Positions 26,285-39,500 are shown, counted from the whole stretch's first letter. The stretch: 52,443 nucleotides of DNA, filler included, from Catajapyx aquilonaris (GCA_000934665.2; 2 parts of 2 records of this genome joined end to end with filler, not necessarily neighbours in it), one strand, 5' to 3'. Notes: generated by a model from the letters alone, not told the origin. Translations and numbers: made by a program.

Positions 26285-26384
26285 TCAACATGTCCGTAAC
26301 CCGGCAGCGCCCAGGATTACCAACACATAAACACAAAAGCACATAAACAGTCGCGACATTACTTTTGCGGTCAATAGTACATTG

Positions 26385-26631
26385 TGACACGCCTGGGCCC
26401 ACGGGCAAGATGACAGGAGGGGACGTGCAAGGTACATTGCATCTGACGCTGAGGTCATTTTGTGAACTCCCCCGGGTGGTTTGTCTTATCGGAAATACCA
26501 CCTGAGACGAAGCCAGAGACGACCCAAAACTCTGCACGAGATGAAGGGGGTGTCCCCGGGCTGGGATCGAACGCGGGACCTTAACATCCATGGGCGTGTG
26601 CGTTAGTACCACAGCACCACTCCACCTCCCA
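26385..26631 (-). mobile_element. tRNA-derived SINE (family 2)
   Basis: Minus-strand head with box A-like TGGTGCTGTGG and box B-like GTTCGATCC. The body is repeated at 31225-31373. Confidence 0.65.
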
Positions 26632-27710
26632 TAAATGGCATATCTTTCTCTGTGTAGTGTAATTTTTTAAAAATATAATTGTTCGTTACTTACACCATTC
26701 TGTGTCGTTTAAACCAGCCCATGACTTTTGCCCCACCCTGTATAATGGGGCATATTTTTATGAATCATGTACACCGTAACTAATATTCAATCTAATTGCA
26801 GGTTGCATATTTGTAATAAGGTGTAACCAACAGGAACCAACAGACATTCCAAAATATCACCCGTTGTCCCAGGGTCATTCGGGATGCACATTTGCCATGG
26901 TTATGGCAGCATTAGTGCAGTAAGTACAGTAAGAGTCAATATGATTACTTGCCAAGGTGGCTGGTTAGCAAGCGACTTGGATGATGTATCTGGGAAGATC
27001 CAAACCACCATAGGATGATTCTCATGGTGGCAAAAGCTAAGCACTGTCATCTTCATGTTTAAATAATACATATAGCACGCTTGCAATGGTATTTTATCAC
27101 CACCTCCTCCTCACTCAACATTTTTGAAGTACACCAAATTTCGGGCTTGAAAATCTGGCCACCTTATACAGTAGTATTGGCCATTGCTACATTGTCAATC
27201 TTTGTGCAAGCAACTACTACGACAAAAAAAAACCTGTTTCACTGTATAATACATGACTCATAATTAACCAAGTTTCCTTTGCCATTGCCATTGAAATTAA
27301 AATTCCACGGATTGTGGACATTTGAAAGAAGAATCCAGAATTTCAAACTTGGTTAGAACAACTCAATAAACAGAGATGAAAAAACAAATTGTCACTTTTT
27401 AGTTCGATTAGGCCTACTATTAGGAACAACCTGCACTAAAAATTAGGCCATATTCATGAGCAGACCATGTGTTAAAACTGTTGGAATATTATTTGGAAAA
27501 CTGAACAAAGATCTGATATCATCAAGGTTTCCATGAAAATACCCTCACAGAACAATATGAGTAAACAGTATCAACAAAAAAGCACCAATGGAAGAAACGA
27601 TGACGTCAGATTGTCGTTTTGGTTTTCCGCACTCTAGACCTCTCTCGTCACACCATTTCCGACCCCCGTGGCCATCGTGAGAACATGCACAACCTGCATA
27701 ATTATCTCAC

Positions 27711-28103
27711 CTGGTTTTGCCTTCCGACGCCTCCTTCACTTCCACCAGCTGCCTCCTCCCTGTCTGGATCAGGGTTGGCCTCCTGCCTGTTCCTGCTCTC
27801 CTCCTCTGCGGCTGACCCGGGGTCACTTTCCTGGCTGCTGTTGCCCTCCTCTGGCTCCACCTTGACCATCCTGACTCCACGGGCACTTCTTCCTTTCCAA
27901 CATTCCTTGACCATCTCCGCCTCCTCCTTGGTGAATCGGACTGTGACCTCCACTGGTTCCTCCTCCTCCTCCTCCTCTGGCTCCACCTTGACCCTGTCCC
28001 ACTTGGAGTGAGTGAAGCTGTGCGCCAGCAGATCAATCTTTCTCTTGAAGACGTTGTTGGGGCACTGGGTACAGCGGAATCTCCCCAATTTCATAATCTC
28101 CAT
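27711..28103 (-). CDS. Putative C2H2 zinc-finger / acidic protein exon
   Basis: GCCATGG start. CTQC-x13-HSFTH finger, Glu-rich tract, two VKVEP motifs. Upstream ttccag acceptor and CAG|gtgaga donor at 27710. The rest of the gene was not identified. Confidence 0.5.
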
Positions 28104-28122
28104 GGCTGATGGGATGATGATG

Positions 28123-28123
<1 letters not shown>

Positions 28124-28161
<38 letters not shown>
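28124..28161. repeat. (CT)n microsatellite
   Basis: Pure dinucleotide run. Confidence 0.95.
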
Positions 28162-28163
<2 letters not shown>

Positions 28164-28877
28164 CAACCCGGCACACTTTGTCTGGAATAAAGAGGAGTGA
28201 TTGAGACCCATTCCCTCTCTTCATGCTCCCCAACCAGACCAGGCCCCACAGAATAACGTGCTCACCTTGCAATATACCGTGGGCTAGTCCACACACTAGG
28301 CACTTGGTGGTGAGCTGTATGCCGGTGTATCAGTGAGGCAGGCGACACAGGTCTCCAAGCTTGGGACTGGTTTCTGCTCCCCTACACCAGCCCTACACTA
28401 CAACACAGCTGGCATCGTGACAGAATCCACCCGCCCACCCCCTAGCTCTCTGGTCCCTCTGGCTGGCTTCAATAATGCTCGCGGAGAGGCCCCAACATGT
28501 GGCCGTTGTAGTGGAAGCGGGAAAGACAGAAGGCGACACTGTCTTTGACTGTTTCAGTACTTTAATAAATTTACGTTTATATATTTTTATTTCATACCTA
28601 AATGTATATAGAAATTGTACTAATATACCAGTGCGATTTTAAATACGCATTTGTCGCACTATGTACGATTTGGCAACGGTCTTCGAGGGACGGAGCCTAA
28701 TTGCGGCACTGTAGATCTACGCGGAAAAAGGGGGTCATCCGAGGGTCATCACGTCATCACTCATCAGTTGACATTTTATTTCATGTCATTGTACGCTTGC
28801 TAACGTCACGAAATTTCTTTGGGAGCGCTCTAGCTACCTGGATTCGAGTTACTTAATTACGAAAAATTGCGAAGCAA

Positions 28878-29649
28878 AGTAGTGAAAATAAATCGCCAAG
28901 TTAGATGCGCTTTTCCTTATTGTCATCTCGATAATGACAACGTGACGTATGTCCTTCAATAATGTGAATCCATCATCCATGTGATTGTGATGGTGTGCAG
29001 GGCTTGACGTAGAAATGTTTTAAAATTAGTGAGACATTTTGGCTATTAAGAACAAGACTATAGATGCGGCACCCGGCGTTATTGCCCGGGAAGAAATAAC
29101 GAAGGGAAAACACCTGCCAGTAGCCCCGTCAAAAATTTCACGCACAGAGAGCCTCCAGCCATGAGAGCTTTCCCAGCCGTTTTGGACTTGGTGAAAAGTC
29201 GACTTTTGCACGTGCCACCATCTGCTCCTCATTTATAAGCCCCCGGAGAACAATAGCATCTCTCCGGCGCTCCCTCCCGCCATCTGCCTACAATCTGGAT
29301 GTACTCTAATCCCACCCCAGCTGCAACCCCTCCCGTCCTTCCCACCCGGAGCACAGATGGCAGGCAAATGACGCTTGGCAGGCGGACAGACGGACAGAGA
29401 TGACAGACTCACAAACGGCTTCATTTATATAGATTTAATAGCCAAAAAAATTTTAAAAATGGATTTTGGCTATTAAATTTTTAATTGCCAAAATGTATCA
29501 CTATTTTAAAAATTTCTACGTCAAGCCGTGCACACCATCCCAACACACGGATCACATTTTTGAAAGACTCACGCGTCATTATCGAGATGGAATGGAAAAG
29601 GCGAAAAGAGCACAATTTCGACACCTAACGGCGATTTATTTTCACTACT
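28878..29649. mobile_element. Foldback/MITE-like element with long imperfect inverted arms
   Basis: 28878-29049 is the imperfect reverse complement of 29481-29649 (agtagtgaaaataaatcgcc.../...ggcgatttattttcactact). Confidence 0.65.
29058..29433 (-). mobile_element. Non-autonomous Helitron-like element (same family), nested in a foldback element
   Basis: Shares both ends with 7254-7541; the middle is divergent. Confidence 0.72.
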
Positions 29650-31224
29650 ATTATCTATTATTATCTATTATTTCATTGTCATTCTGTCTCAAGTTCTCTT
29701 TGACCTTGAAAAAATACTAAACAACCTAATCGCATGATTCATTTTGCAACAGGTTTTTCCTAAAAAAAATAGGGAGGGAGGGGGGGGGGGACTCTGTGGC
29801 TAAATATTCAGTGCATCTGGCCTTATCTCGTGCTTCCTACTCAAGCAAGGCGGTTTTTGTAGGCATGTTATTTTGGCTTCACCATTAGCAAGAGAGGCCC
29901 AAATAAGGTGTGTATGATCTGCTGCATTAACAACATTGCTGCATATATGCACAGGGCACCTGGCACAATGGGCTGTGACAATAATTCCTGAAATGCTCTA
30001 ATAACTAATGGAAACCTCTGTGCTTCGTTATCAGTAGGCCCTATATAAGTCTAGAATGGTATATTTATCAGAGGAGATTAAAACATCAAGTAAAGAAACC
30101 ATGCCTGGGCAATGAAAAGAACATCCAAATAACACAATGATAAAAATCAAAATAAAGATCCAGGTTATGCAATGTACACGTGCTTTCTTGGGTGTAAAAC
30201 AAAATACACATTGATTTACCCTGATGCAAGCTAATATGTGAGGACTGGTGTCGCATATTAATTAACATTCTGCACGTATTAGTAAGTTTTAAAAAGGAAT
30301 CATATACCCCCTTTAAATAACAATCTTTTATGCCATTACAGAAAAAAAAAGATGGGTTGAGTTTGCTGTAGAATAGATCCATGTTATCATTGTGCAAGAT
30401 GTTATCAGTCACTCTGCAGTATCTGTGAAATTGGCACATCATCTAGTGTATTATTCACATAATAGTGCAATGTTTTTACAAGCGAATTACAAAATTTATT
30501 TAGATGTTTCAATCATTTAGGCCATTTAAAAAAATCTACAGCTAAGTTCTATAAAAAAATAGCCCACATGCATTTTCAAAATCATGTAAATGTGTTAGTA
30601 ATTATCCATATAATTTTCAAAACCCATTTCACCAATTTAATTGACAAATGTCGCCTACCTGTTGCAACTCGTATGAAATAATGAGCAGTATTTTTTGGGA
30701 GAAGATTTTAATAGCTCGTCAAACAATACGGATCTGAATTTTTTTCTCTACCTGATTGATGGGAGAGACTGCCAAAATGAAAGCTAAGTAAATCATGCCA
30801 GGATCATCTGCACATCACAAAGCTGTAGTGCTGTAGAGATGCCATGATGGACCATCACTCCATCAGCATAGTTAATGAATCAAGTCAGTAATTAAAAGAG
30901 GATCCAATAAAAAGGAAAGGCCCTGGAAATGCCCCAGTAGGTGTATCACAGGGTATCAGATCATTATCATCATCATCATTATTGTTATTCCACAACTTTT
31001 GCAGTCGTGTCATATTTTCCTGGTTTGAAACCTCACATGCACTTTGATGATGGCCGAGTAAATAAGCTCATTTCCATACCTCTCCACTTACGAGGTTTCA
31101 CCTCACCATGAGCTTGCAGAATTGTAATGTAATAGCATATTCTCTGTCCATGTGAAGCTCTTTTACTGAAAACAAACTGGATAGCTTTATTTGATGAAGG
31201 TACATTTCGGCGCCTATTGATTGA

Positions 31225-31373
31225 AACGCCCGGGCCCATGGGCAGGATGACAGGAGAGGATGTGCAAGGTTCAGTGCTATGTCCTTGTATGGCCATTTTT
31301 AGTGAACTCCCCTGGGTGGTATAGTCTGTTGGAAATACCACCCGAGACGAAGCCAGAGGTGACCCTGAACTCT
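31225..31373 (-). mobile_element. SINE family 2, truncated copy
   Basis: Similar to 26388-26533 (gggccca.gggca.gatgacagga...ggaaataccacc.gagacgaagccagag). Confidence 0.6.
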
Positions 31374-31814
31374 ATTATTTTCTTCTATGGTGGCGTATGA
31401 AGGATGAGAGTGCCCAGGAAATGTTCATCCCATTAAGCTGCTGCATGCCACTTATGGAACTGGGTCAGATTACCATTTGATGGACTTTCCTCAAAAACAC
31501 GTGACTTTCAAGTGTCTGAACTTTTTTTAACCATCTTAAATACATCAAATTGGTTTGTCAACTGATTTGTATAAGTCGTTACACGATGTAGATCTCTCTT
31601 AGATAGCCACTGCACACAATGTGTGAAAGAACCTTTTTTTTTTTTTTAATTCCATCTTGCACGTGACACGCCTGGGCTGCTTTCATGCGGTACTCCCATT
31701 AACACTTTACAAGGTTGTGAAAATAATTTTACTGTACGTGCTCACGACTGCAATGGACTTAATGCTACTGGGACTCATTGTCCTGTGTTTCTCTATTTGC
31801 TTTTGTTTTCTGTT

Positions 31815-32468
31815 TAAGCACATAATCAGGCCACAACTTGGAATTTGAAATTTTCTAATTTTCTACATGCCAGTATTATTATGTGTCGTCACCACCATAT
31901 GACGCCAGCCTCTTAAGTGATGGTGACACTGAGGATAATAGAGACAGCCTTACTGCATTAGATTCGACCCAACAAATGCGAACATTTCTCATGCACAGCG
32001 TGCCTTGGAGCATGTAAGTAGGCCTACTCCACAGCAGGGAACGCACATGTGGCCTGAAATATATCAAAAGAAGGTTGACATGAGAAAACAGACCTCACTA
32101 CTTGACTAACAATTGAAAAGTTTCAAGTATCCCATACACTTCATGAAGGAATGGCAGACTGGTGTACACTTCCTGGATGGAGGGCGTACGTTCGGTGTTG
32201 TGCATTCTAACACCTTTAAGACTTACTTTTGACACTCCTTTCTTTCAATGTTCAAGTATACTCGTAATTAATACAAAATCCCATTAATAGAGTGCACATT
32301 TACTATGAGTCTGTGTAACTCTCGAAAATGACGAATACATTCTGACTGTACAACAGCAGAGTTCGACACGCTGGGGAGACTCTGATTGTGCCAATTTCCC
32401 GCCTTACACCAAGTGCTGCATAACAACAACCAGGTCACATAGCCTACCCTCACACCACTGGTCCCAGG
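31815..32468 (+). pseudogene. Deleted relic of a B-type cysteine-rich gene
   Basis: 31815-32325 aligns with 50335-50820 (upstream of B2). It is closely followed at ~32370-32468 by GDSDCANFPPYTKCC..., homologous to B2 exon 3. Exons 1-2 are absent. Confidence 0.75.
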
Positions 32469-34360
32469 TGAAGTGCACAAATATGGCATGTGCATGTTTG
32501 ATGATCATAACTGATGTACTGTACTAGTGAGCATTCAACAAAAGTAAATTAATTAAATTATTTTCTCCAAAAAACCTGATATGTAATCAGGAATTTTAGA
32601 GAAAATAATTTCATAATTTAAAAATATAACTATTATATGTCAACTTAATGTTTTAAATTCACTGACAGCTCTAACAGTAGGCCTACGTGTAGGAAATGCT
32701 TTAATAATTCAGGGTACAAGTTGGCATTATGTGGGGCGTTTAATAATTCATAACTTAACGCCCTATACACACACTAGGCTTTTGATCAAGTTTTATAGTC
32801 CTGACAATCTATCTGAAGTCGATATCCCTAGTTAATTTGAACAGTCTTTGCAAGAAAAGGCTATCGTGGTTATGGAGACTGCCATACGTGAAAAGCATGT
32901 TGTGCTGAATACACATGATAAAGCGCCTTTAGTTTGTCTTGTGATTCAGGATCTTTGGATTCACGTTGTTTCTTAATCTGACTGTTAAAACATGGAAAAT
33001 TCTGCCATGACTTTTCAGGAGTACAGTGTCATTGGAGTGATATAAACTCAATTCGAGGGTGCGTGAACCTTGCGAGTCTGATGCTCCAATTTGGATGAGG
33101 CACACGATCTTGTCGCATATGACTGTTATTTATTCAGTGAGAAATATAATTTAACTGCCGACATTCGGAGAGGGAATCTTATGAAGCTTATGAATTACTT
33201 TCATGAAATTAGGACTAAGAAAATTGGATTCTCAAAAATTAATCGCGTTTCTGCCAGCACGCCATGATTATTTTATTGTTTTAAGGTGCGTACTCGTATG
33301 CTGCAGCAAAATTATGCGAATATTAAAATTTAATCCCTGAAAACTGGAAGCGATTCACCTCTACCTTGGACAGAGAAGGTGGCAATGGTGATGTGGACTT
33401 CTACCGCACCTGGCTGCTGGTGAGTAAGCTATACTTAGAAATGTAGGTGCACATTATGCAGCACTTCTATTCATTTCATTTCTAAAGCAATACGTACAAT
33501 GGAATGCTATTCTTTTGTCTGAAATATGCTCGCCTTTTCTTCTCTGAGATGTGCTGAGCCTTCTGTTCATGAAGGCCATTTTGCACGTAACCCGAAATGA
33601 TAATGGGGATTGTGCACTGTACGAACCTGGGAGAAGCACGTGATAATGAGGTGATGCCAGGGACACCTACGCGACACTTCTCAAAGAGAATGAGCAAGTT
33701 CCATAAATAAATGTAGGGTTGAACAGAATTTTCAAACAATATCATTAAGCCGCACGCTGAATGACATCTGAGCAAATAAGCAGTGTGTAATATATTGATC
33801 TTACAAAAATTACAGTACATTTCTTTCATTGTCCCTCATAAATATTCGCAGTCGTAAATTAAAATTACACATTCGATATTGACACATTCCTCCTCCTGTA
33901 ATGAACAAATGGGCACAAGATATTTTGGTGAGAGTGAGGTGTTGGTCGGAATGAAATTGGTGATGGTGAGATATACTGAATTAGCAGATATTATTTGTTT
34001 TCACTACAGAAGAATGCAGTACAGGCCTCTGTAGCCGTGTAAAATATGAAATAATACTCTGCGCCCAGTGTTTGTAATCAGTGATAATTTTGTAAATTCC
34101 TGGACATGCGGGTAGGTAACCGGATACAACTAGGTGGCTTGGAAGTGAAGTAAGCCAATATTGGGCTAATGTTTTATGCGCACTCGTTTACATGATTCCT
34201 CCAGAAGTACCACAATAAATGTCATTTGTTTGTCTAGTGATAGTCCTTCACAGCGATCTAATTCTTTAGAAACGAATTTTTGCAGTTTCTTCGCTTCCAT
34301 TATTCTCCAACATAATGGCTTTTTGAAAAGAGCATTTTCTAAGCGAATGATTGGCAGCTC

Positions 34361-34417
34361 GGTTTGCATAAATAACCATGCTGATCAGTGACTATCAATG
34401 AGGCTCGTGGCTACATC
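34361..34417 (+). promoter_or_regulatory. Conserved non-coding block upstream of A1 (56/57 identical to 40975-41031 upstream of A2); candidate promoter/5'UTR
   Basis: Much more conserved than its flanks. Contains TTTGCATAAAT and an Inr-like TCAGT. Confidence 0.45.
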
Positions 34418-34696
34418 GTGGCTTGTATCTGGCCGCCCACAAAAGCGGGTAGGGGGATCAAGGTGGATCATTTAGAGCTCCTGGGCACACTCTGAAACAA
34501 CGTCCTAGAATTGCCTGAAGTTCGAGACCAAGACCAAGCATCTTTAACAGTAAGTGAGTTGCTTTAGTAGCTTCATTCTTCACTCTTTCACTCTGCATGC
34601 TCCTGTAATGCGCTATTTTATTGTGATGGCAACTTGCGACTAACATTACACTACTCCTGTTCGTGTCCATCAGCAGGCAATCAGTCAAGAATAAGG

Positions 34697-37613
34697 ATGG
34701 GCAAGAACTACATGATCATTATGGGCCTGCTTGTGGTTGTTGCTGTCGTTCCTGCTTTGGGAGAAGGTGAGTTGCTGGGATAATAAGAAACATTTCTCGT
34801 GAATTTATAAGCTATTTTTTTCCTTATCTTATACAGGAAAACGAATGTGCACAGCCATCTCTAGTACAACATGTGGACCCAAAGAGTGCAACACCGAGTC
34901 TGAATGCGGGCAGTATCAAAGATGCTGCAACGTGCAATCGAAATGTGAAGCTACATATCCACGATGTAAGTAGCCTACCTATATCTTAATATTAATGAAC
35001 ATATAACCGAAGAAAGTGTCAGTTTGTTGCTTAGTGTGCTAGCCAGGGGTGTATGTAGCATTTACCTTGAGTTACTCACATGTCAGCATATGCAAGCAGT
35101 ATAAGACACTATTTGCCTTTGATTTTTGTGCCTACCCTCTTACACCAACAAGTACCATAATATCCCTGAAAGCATCGCAACTTCAAAGTAACCTGTTTGA
35201 AATAAGCCTCCGAAATGATTGTACCCTACCTGATCAGATGATCTAATCTAATGAACTGATTGAACCCAAATTTTTTTTTTTGACTGAACAATTTCAATTC
35301 CATGGCATGTTTAAATGACAGACTCTGTAATTTCATTTTTCTCCTTGGAGTGATTGCACTTGACGTGAAAAGTAGCCTTTGGACGAAAATGTTCTGAGCA
35401 AAGTGTTAATATAACTGAGCAGATAATAATAATTATCATGCAGCTCTAACCAGTGAATAAATAATATATGTTTCACTTCCAAAGTGACCACTGACAGCAA
35501 CGTAATTCCCAAAATGAATTTTTCTTTCAGATTCAGTGGGTTTTTGCACGGATCCCGCGGACGGTATGAGGAATTAGATGAAGAAGGGTTTAAAGAGTGC
35601 TCCTCAAATGAGCAATGTAAAAAGACTCCATTTACCACGTGCTGCATAGAAAATCATGCACAGGCCGGACCTCCTATCGAATCCGCCAGTAAGTTCAATG
35701 TTAATTAAATGGCTACATACACAAACAATGTTAGTTATGTATAGCATGTTATTATATCCCCACGAACATATAAATTGCCGTAATTAAGCCCATACCCGTA
35801 ATTGTATAATTATGTGCTAATTCTTCACAACCATTTACCTCGGTCACCTACAAAAAAAAGCATGTTTTTTCCCTTAGTGCCGTATGACTGGAAAAAAGCA
35901 AAAAAACACGTCACACGTGATGGTAGGTGAAAACTGCCCAGTATAGTGTCAGTAGCTATACACATTCTCTGTGTTATACCATTTCGGTAGGGATTGAGCG
36001 GGGAATAAAATGCAAGGATTGGCTAATAACTACTACAGTTGACTCTAGAATCTAGATATAACAGCTTCGAAAGGCCGGGCCCGCCATACATCCATAAGGC
36101 TCTTTGAATTTTTACTAATGATATAACATACTCATTTTCACCTCACCTCGGCTATCTATAACAGACCATTTTTTGGGATCTCGGAGGAAAAATAAGCTGT
36201 TTTTGATTCTTCAAATTCATTTTCTACGTTTAGGAAGGCATGGAATACTGGAGGGGGGAGATTTTCGCATATGCCATTGATCTACGCCACTCAATGCATT
36301 TTCTGGTACATTTGGGAACAAGGAGATGGCAGAATAAAATTGCAGATTTATTTGGTCCTGCGTAATTTATGGGTGAGCTAATTTTGCTCAATAAGGATCT
36401 CTAAAGATGTGCTTAAAGAATTGAGCCTATAAGTGATAATGCAATCTTCACCTATCACACCTATCTTACATTGAAATATTTTAAATATGAATAAATAAAT
36501 GGTTTTCTGGAAAATTATAGACGCCGATCTCATATATATATTTTGCACAAAAATCTTTTGACTCCGCCATTATCTGATCAGGAATGTAACAACACCCAGT
36601 GGAATCAATTGTAACAAACTAAATGGCATTACGACTGAATATTATGTAATATTTTTATTGTACTCCTTAGCTGATAAAAACAACGTTTGCCAGGACAAGG
36701 CCGGATTTTACATCAGAAATGACGATAATTATACGGACTGCTATGGAAATTCATATTGCGAGGAAACATTTAAAGGCACCACATGTGCCTTCCTGTTCCA
36801 GCCATGCTCCTGTAATGGCGAAGGAGGTAAGTGCATCTGGTTTGTTAATATTTTTCTCATCTCCCTTCACGCAACACTGGACTTCCTAACGATGCCGCAC
36901 TTTTTCAGGGGTCCAATACGGTGTGTGCATCAATGAAAACAAGACCTGCTCTCCCGACTGCGCATGTACTAATGACTTGAACTGTGCCGCGGGTTACACA
37001 TGCTGCACACATGGAAGATCCTCGGAATGTGCTTGCGCAAAAAGTGAGTACTTTATTACAACCAGATGTCTGCTATGAAGTTATGAGGTACCTGTACTAC
37101 GAGGAGTCGGATTAATACAAAGTCGCATAAGTTCACTTTCATGAAAAATGAGCTGAGTATAGTCTACTACATTAATTGGTATAGCTTATGGTAGACTACT
37201 CCCCATCTCCTCCTGAGGTCAGAACACACCAAATGTCCCTAAAGTCCAAGCACGAAAAACCGGAGAGTGCGTATTAGCATAGTATGAATATTTTGCGCAT
37301 CCTGCGTTTGTTTTATTACCATGCAATGTATGCGACACTTAAAAATGGCACCAATTTAACATGCCTTAATTAAATTCCAGGCCAAGAATGCCCTTGCTCT
37401 AAGGAACCGGTCTGCGCGAGCAATGAGAAGTCATGCTCTTCCGACGATGACTGCAAAGACCAAGGAGAAAAATATCTGTGCTGCGAACAGCTTGTCAAAG
37501 CGACTAGTTCTTGCCCGATCCCAATTGTCGGCAGCGTTGTCTCCTTTTCATCTGGATCCTCCTCCTCTACTAAATACGAAGTAAAGAAATTCTGCACAGC
37601 TCCCACCCCCTAA
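34697..37613 (+). pseudogene. Secreted cysteine-rich WAP-like multidomain protein, copy A1 (frameshift in exon 3; pseudogene or sequence error)
   Basis: Exons 34697-34766, 34837-34965, 35531-35688, 36671-36826, 36909-37043, 37381-37613, all GT-AG and phase 1. Signal peptide MGKNYMIIMGLLVVVAVVPALG. Collinear with copy A2. Exon 3 is 158 nt (not 3n), giving a TAG at 35575-35577. Confidence 0.8.
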
Positions 37614-39204
37614 GTCAGTATGGAATAGGAAAAACTGTACAAGGATATTGAGAGAATGACGACAATGTTTTGGGACATGAAATGCTAGAAAAGGAGGCAT
37701 GAAAAGACATCAATTTAATTTCTTTTATTTTCTGTGGTGAAAGTATGGTCCAGCATATAGACCAACATAGCTTGTAATAGCAGAATAACTAATTCTCGCT
37801 AATTCTACATTTTGCTTTAATTCGAATTAATTTTTCAGTCAATTACTGACTCTCTTCCCTGCTGGACCACACGTGTTTTGATTTTATTTGACTTTTTGAG
37901 GCTGACTATATTCATACAGTAGCCATTGGGGTTTAGTTCAGATTAAGGTGGTGGGTTTTTGGTTGGGGTATGGTGGTGGGTTTACTTTGTATTGATTGGT
38001 ACCAATAAATTATGAAGTGACGCAACATAACGAGGGCATTGTTGTTTCTTATTTGACCCTAGCAGGATAAGCAGTACATATCCCAGTAATTAAAGCACTT
38101 AGATGTGACCTCTGAGGACAAATGTGTTGTCACCTGTATTCCCATTTTAGGGGCCAACAAACTCTTTTGAACTTCACCCAAATAACAATTTTGGCTGCCT
38201 GAACTTACGATTAAATTAACAGTTTCGTGTAACAAAATGTCAAACATGCCCTTATGTGCTTGGGAGGTTTTTAAATTATGAAGCCGAGTCTAGTCAGAAT
38301 AACAGAGCAGCCCTATGAAGCCATACAAAAGAAGGCATCATTTTGTTGAACATGTCTTGAAATGTTGCAACCCTTTTGTCTCCACTATAGGTACAGTACA
38401 TCAGATGTCTTCCTGTGCTAACTGAATGCTTACAACACTAACGACAAGTTAGACCTGTCCGAGACATGTGGCATCATTTTATCATCCTTTCTCAAGTATG
38501 CACAAGGAAAGAGCACACCACAAGCAACCACTTGAAAATGATTGCTGGAGTAAACAATCTACAGTTCTTCACCTCTTGGACTGTGAACTTGGGCAGTGCA
38601 CCATCCTGTACACATGTCAGTTGCCAAGCACCAATACAACGCAAGCTCTACAATTTTGTAGCGAGTAAATGTCATCAACAGAAGTCCTTACTCCTTACCC
38701 GCTACGGGACACCCTCTATTCGGGAGGCTTCTTCCGGTTTGTGCAGTGATTTTAGTGCACTTTTTGAAATATATTGAGCAATTCCACAGATGAGGTGGCA
38801 CCGGCTCATACACACAGTATACTCTACACCGTGGCAACGGATCATGGGTTTGACTGTATTGCGCGAATGAAATTTATTACTTCTACACTACAGTATAATG
38901 CATTCAGTCTCAAAGGAGTACTGTATTGATGTCACAAACAACCATCTTGGATCTTGCTAACAATTGAAGGCTTTTGTAGTCGGTGCTATTCAAAGGCTGA
39001 ATACATAATCTTACTATACCACGAGGTCAGTAGTTTCCCATAGGTGATGGAGATACCAGATATTTTCACCATACATGTATCTCCACAAATATGTCCATCA
39101 GGGTAAGATCTGGGCTTCTGGGGGTGTTATAGGCACTGGGAAAATTTTTATTCACGACTTCGCACAGTGGGAGGCTGAACAAGTGAGTGGAAGGATTGTT
39201 TGTA

Positions 39205-39500
39205 TGCAGCTACTTTTCATGTGTATCATCAGGAAAAATGTTTGTGGTGTAAAGAACAATCACCTCCAGCACCTACGGGTTAGGATTGCAGCCGTATCTC
39301 CAGAAACGATTGAGTGGGTTTGGCTCGAGACCGAATAGTCTTTTTTATTTCTCGAGCGACAAATGAAGCTCATATCGAAACAAGCTAATGTGAGACCAAA
39401 ACTTTAGACATTTCTTAACATTTAAAAACTTAAATGATTTAGATATGTGTACAAGTTTTCGACTTATAAGGTTTTAAAATTGGGACATTATTTTTTCGAT
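39205..39500 (+). mobile_element. Degenerate Tc1/mariner transposase C-terminal remnant
   Basis: Translates as ..HLQHLRVRIAAVSPETIEWVWLETE*...RATNEAHIE, resembling the mariner-like C-terminus (..LRERI..VTPEML...W.E.EYR...RATNGAH.E), with a stop and a frameshift. Confidence 0.6.

Noticed and set aside
27619..28011. Ser/Leu-rich + strand ORF
   Set aside because: Antisense of the Glu-rich zinc-finger exon.
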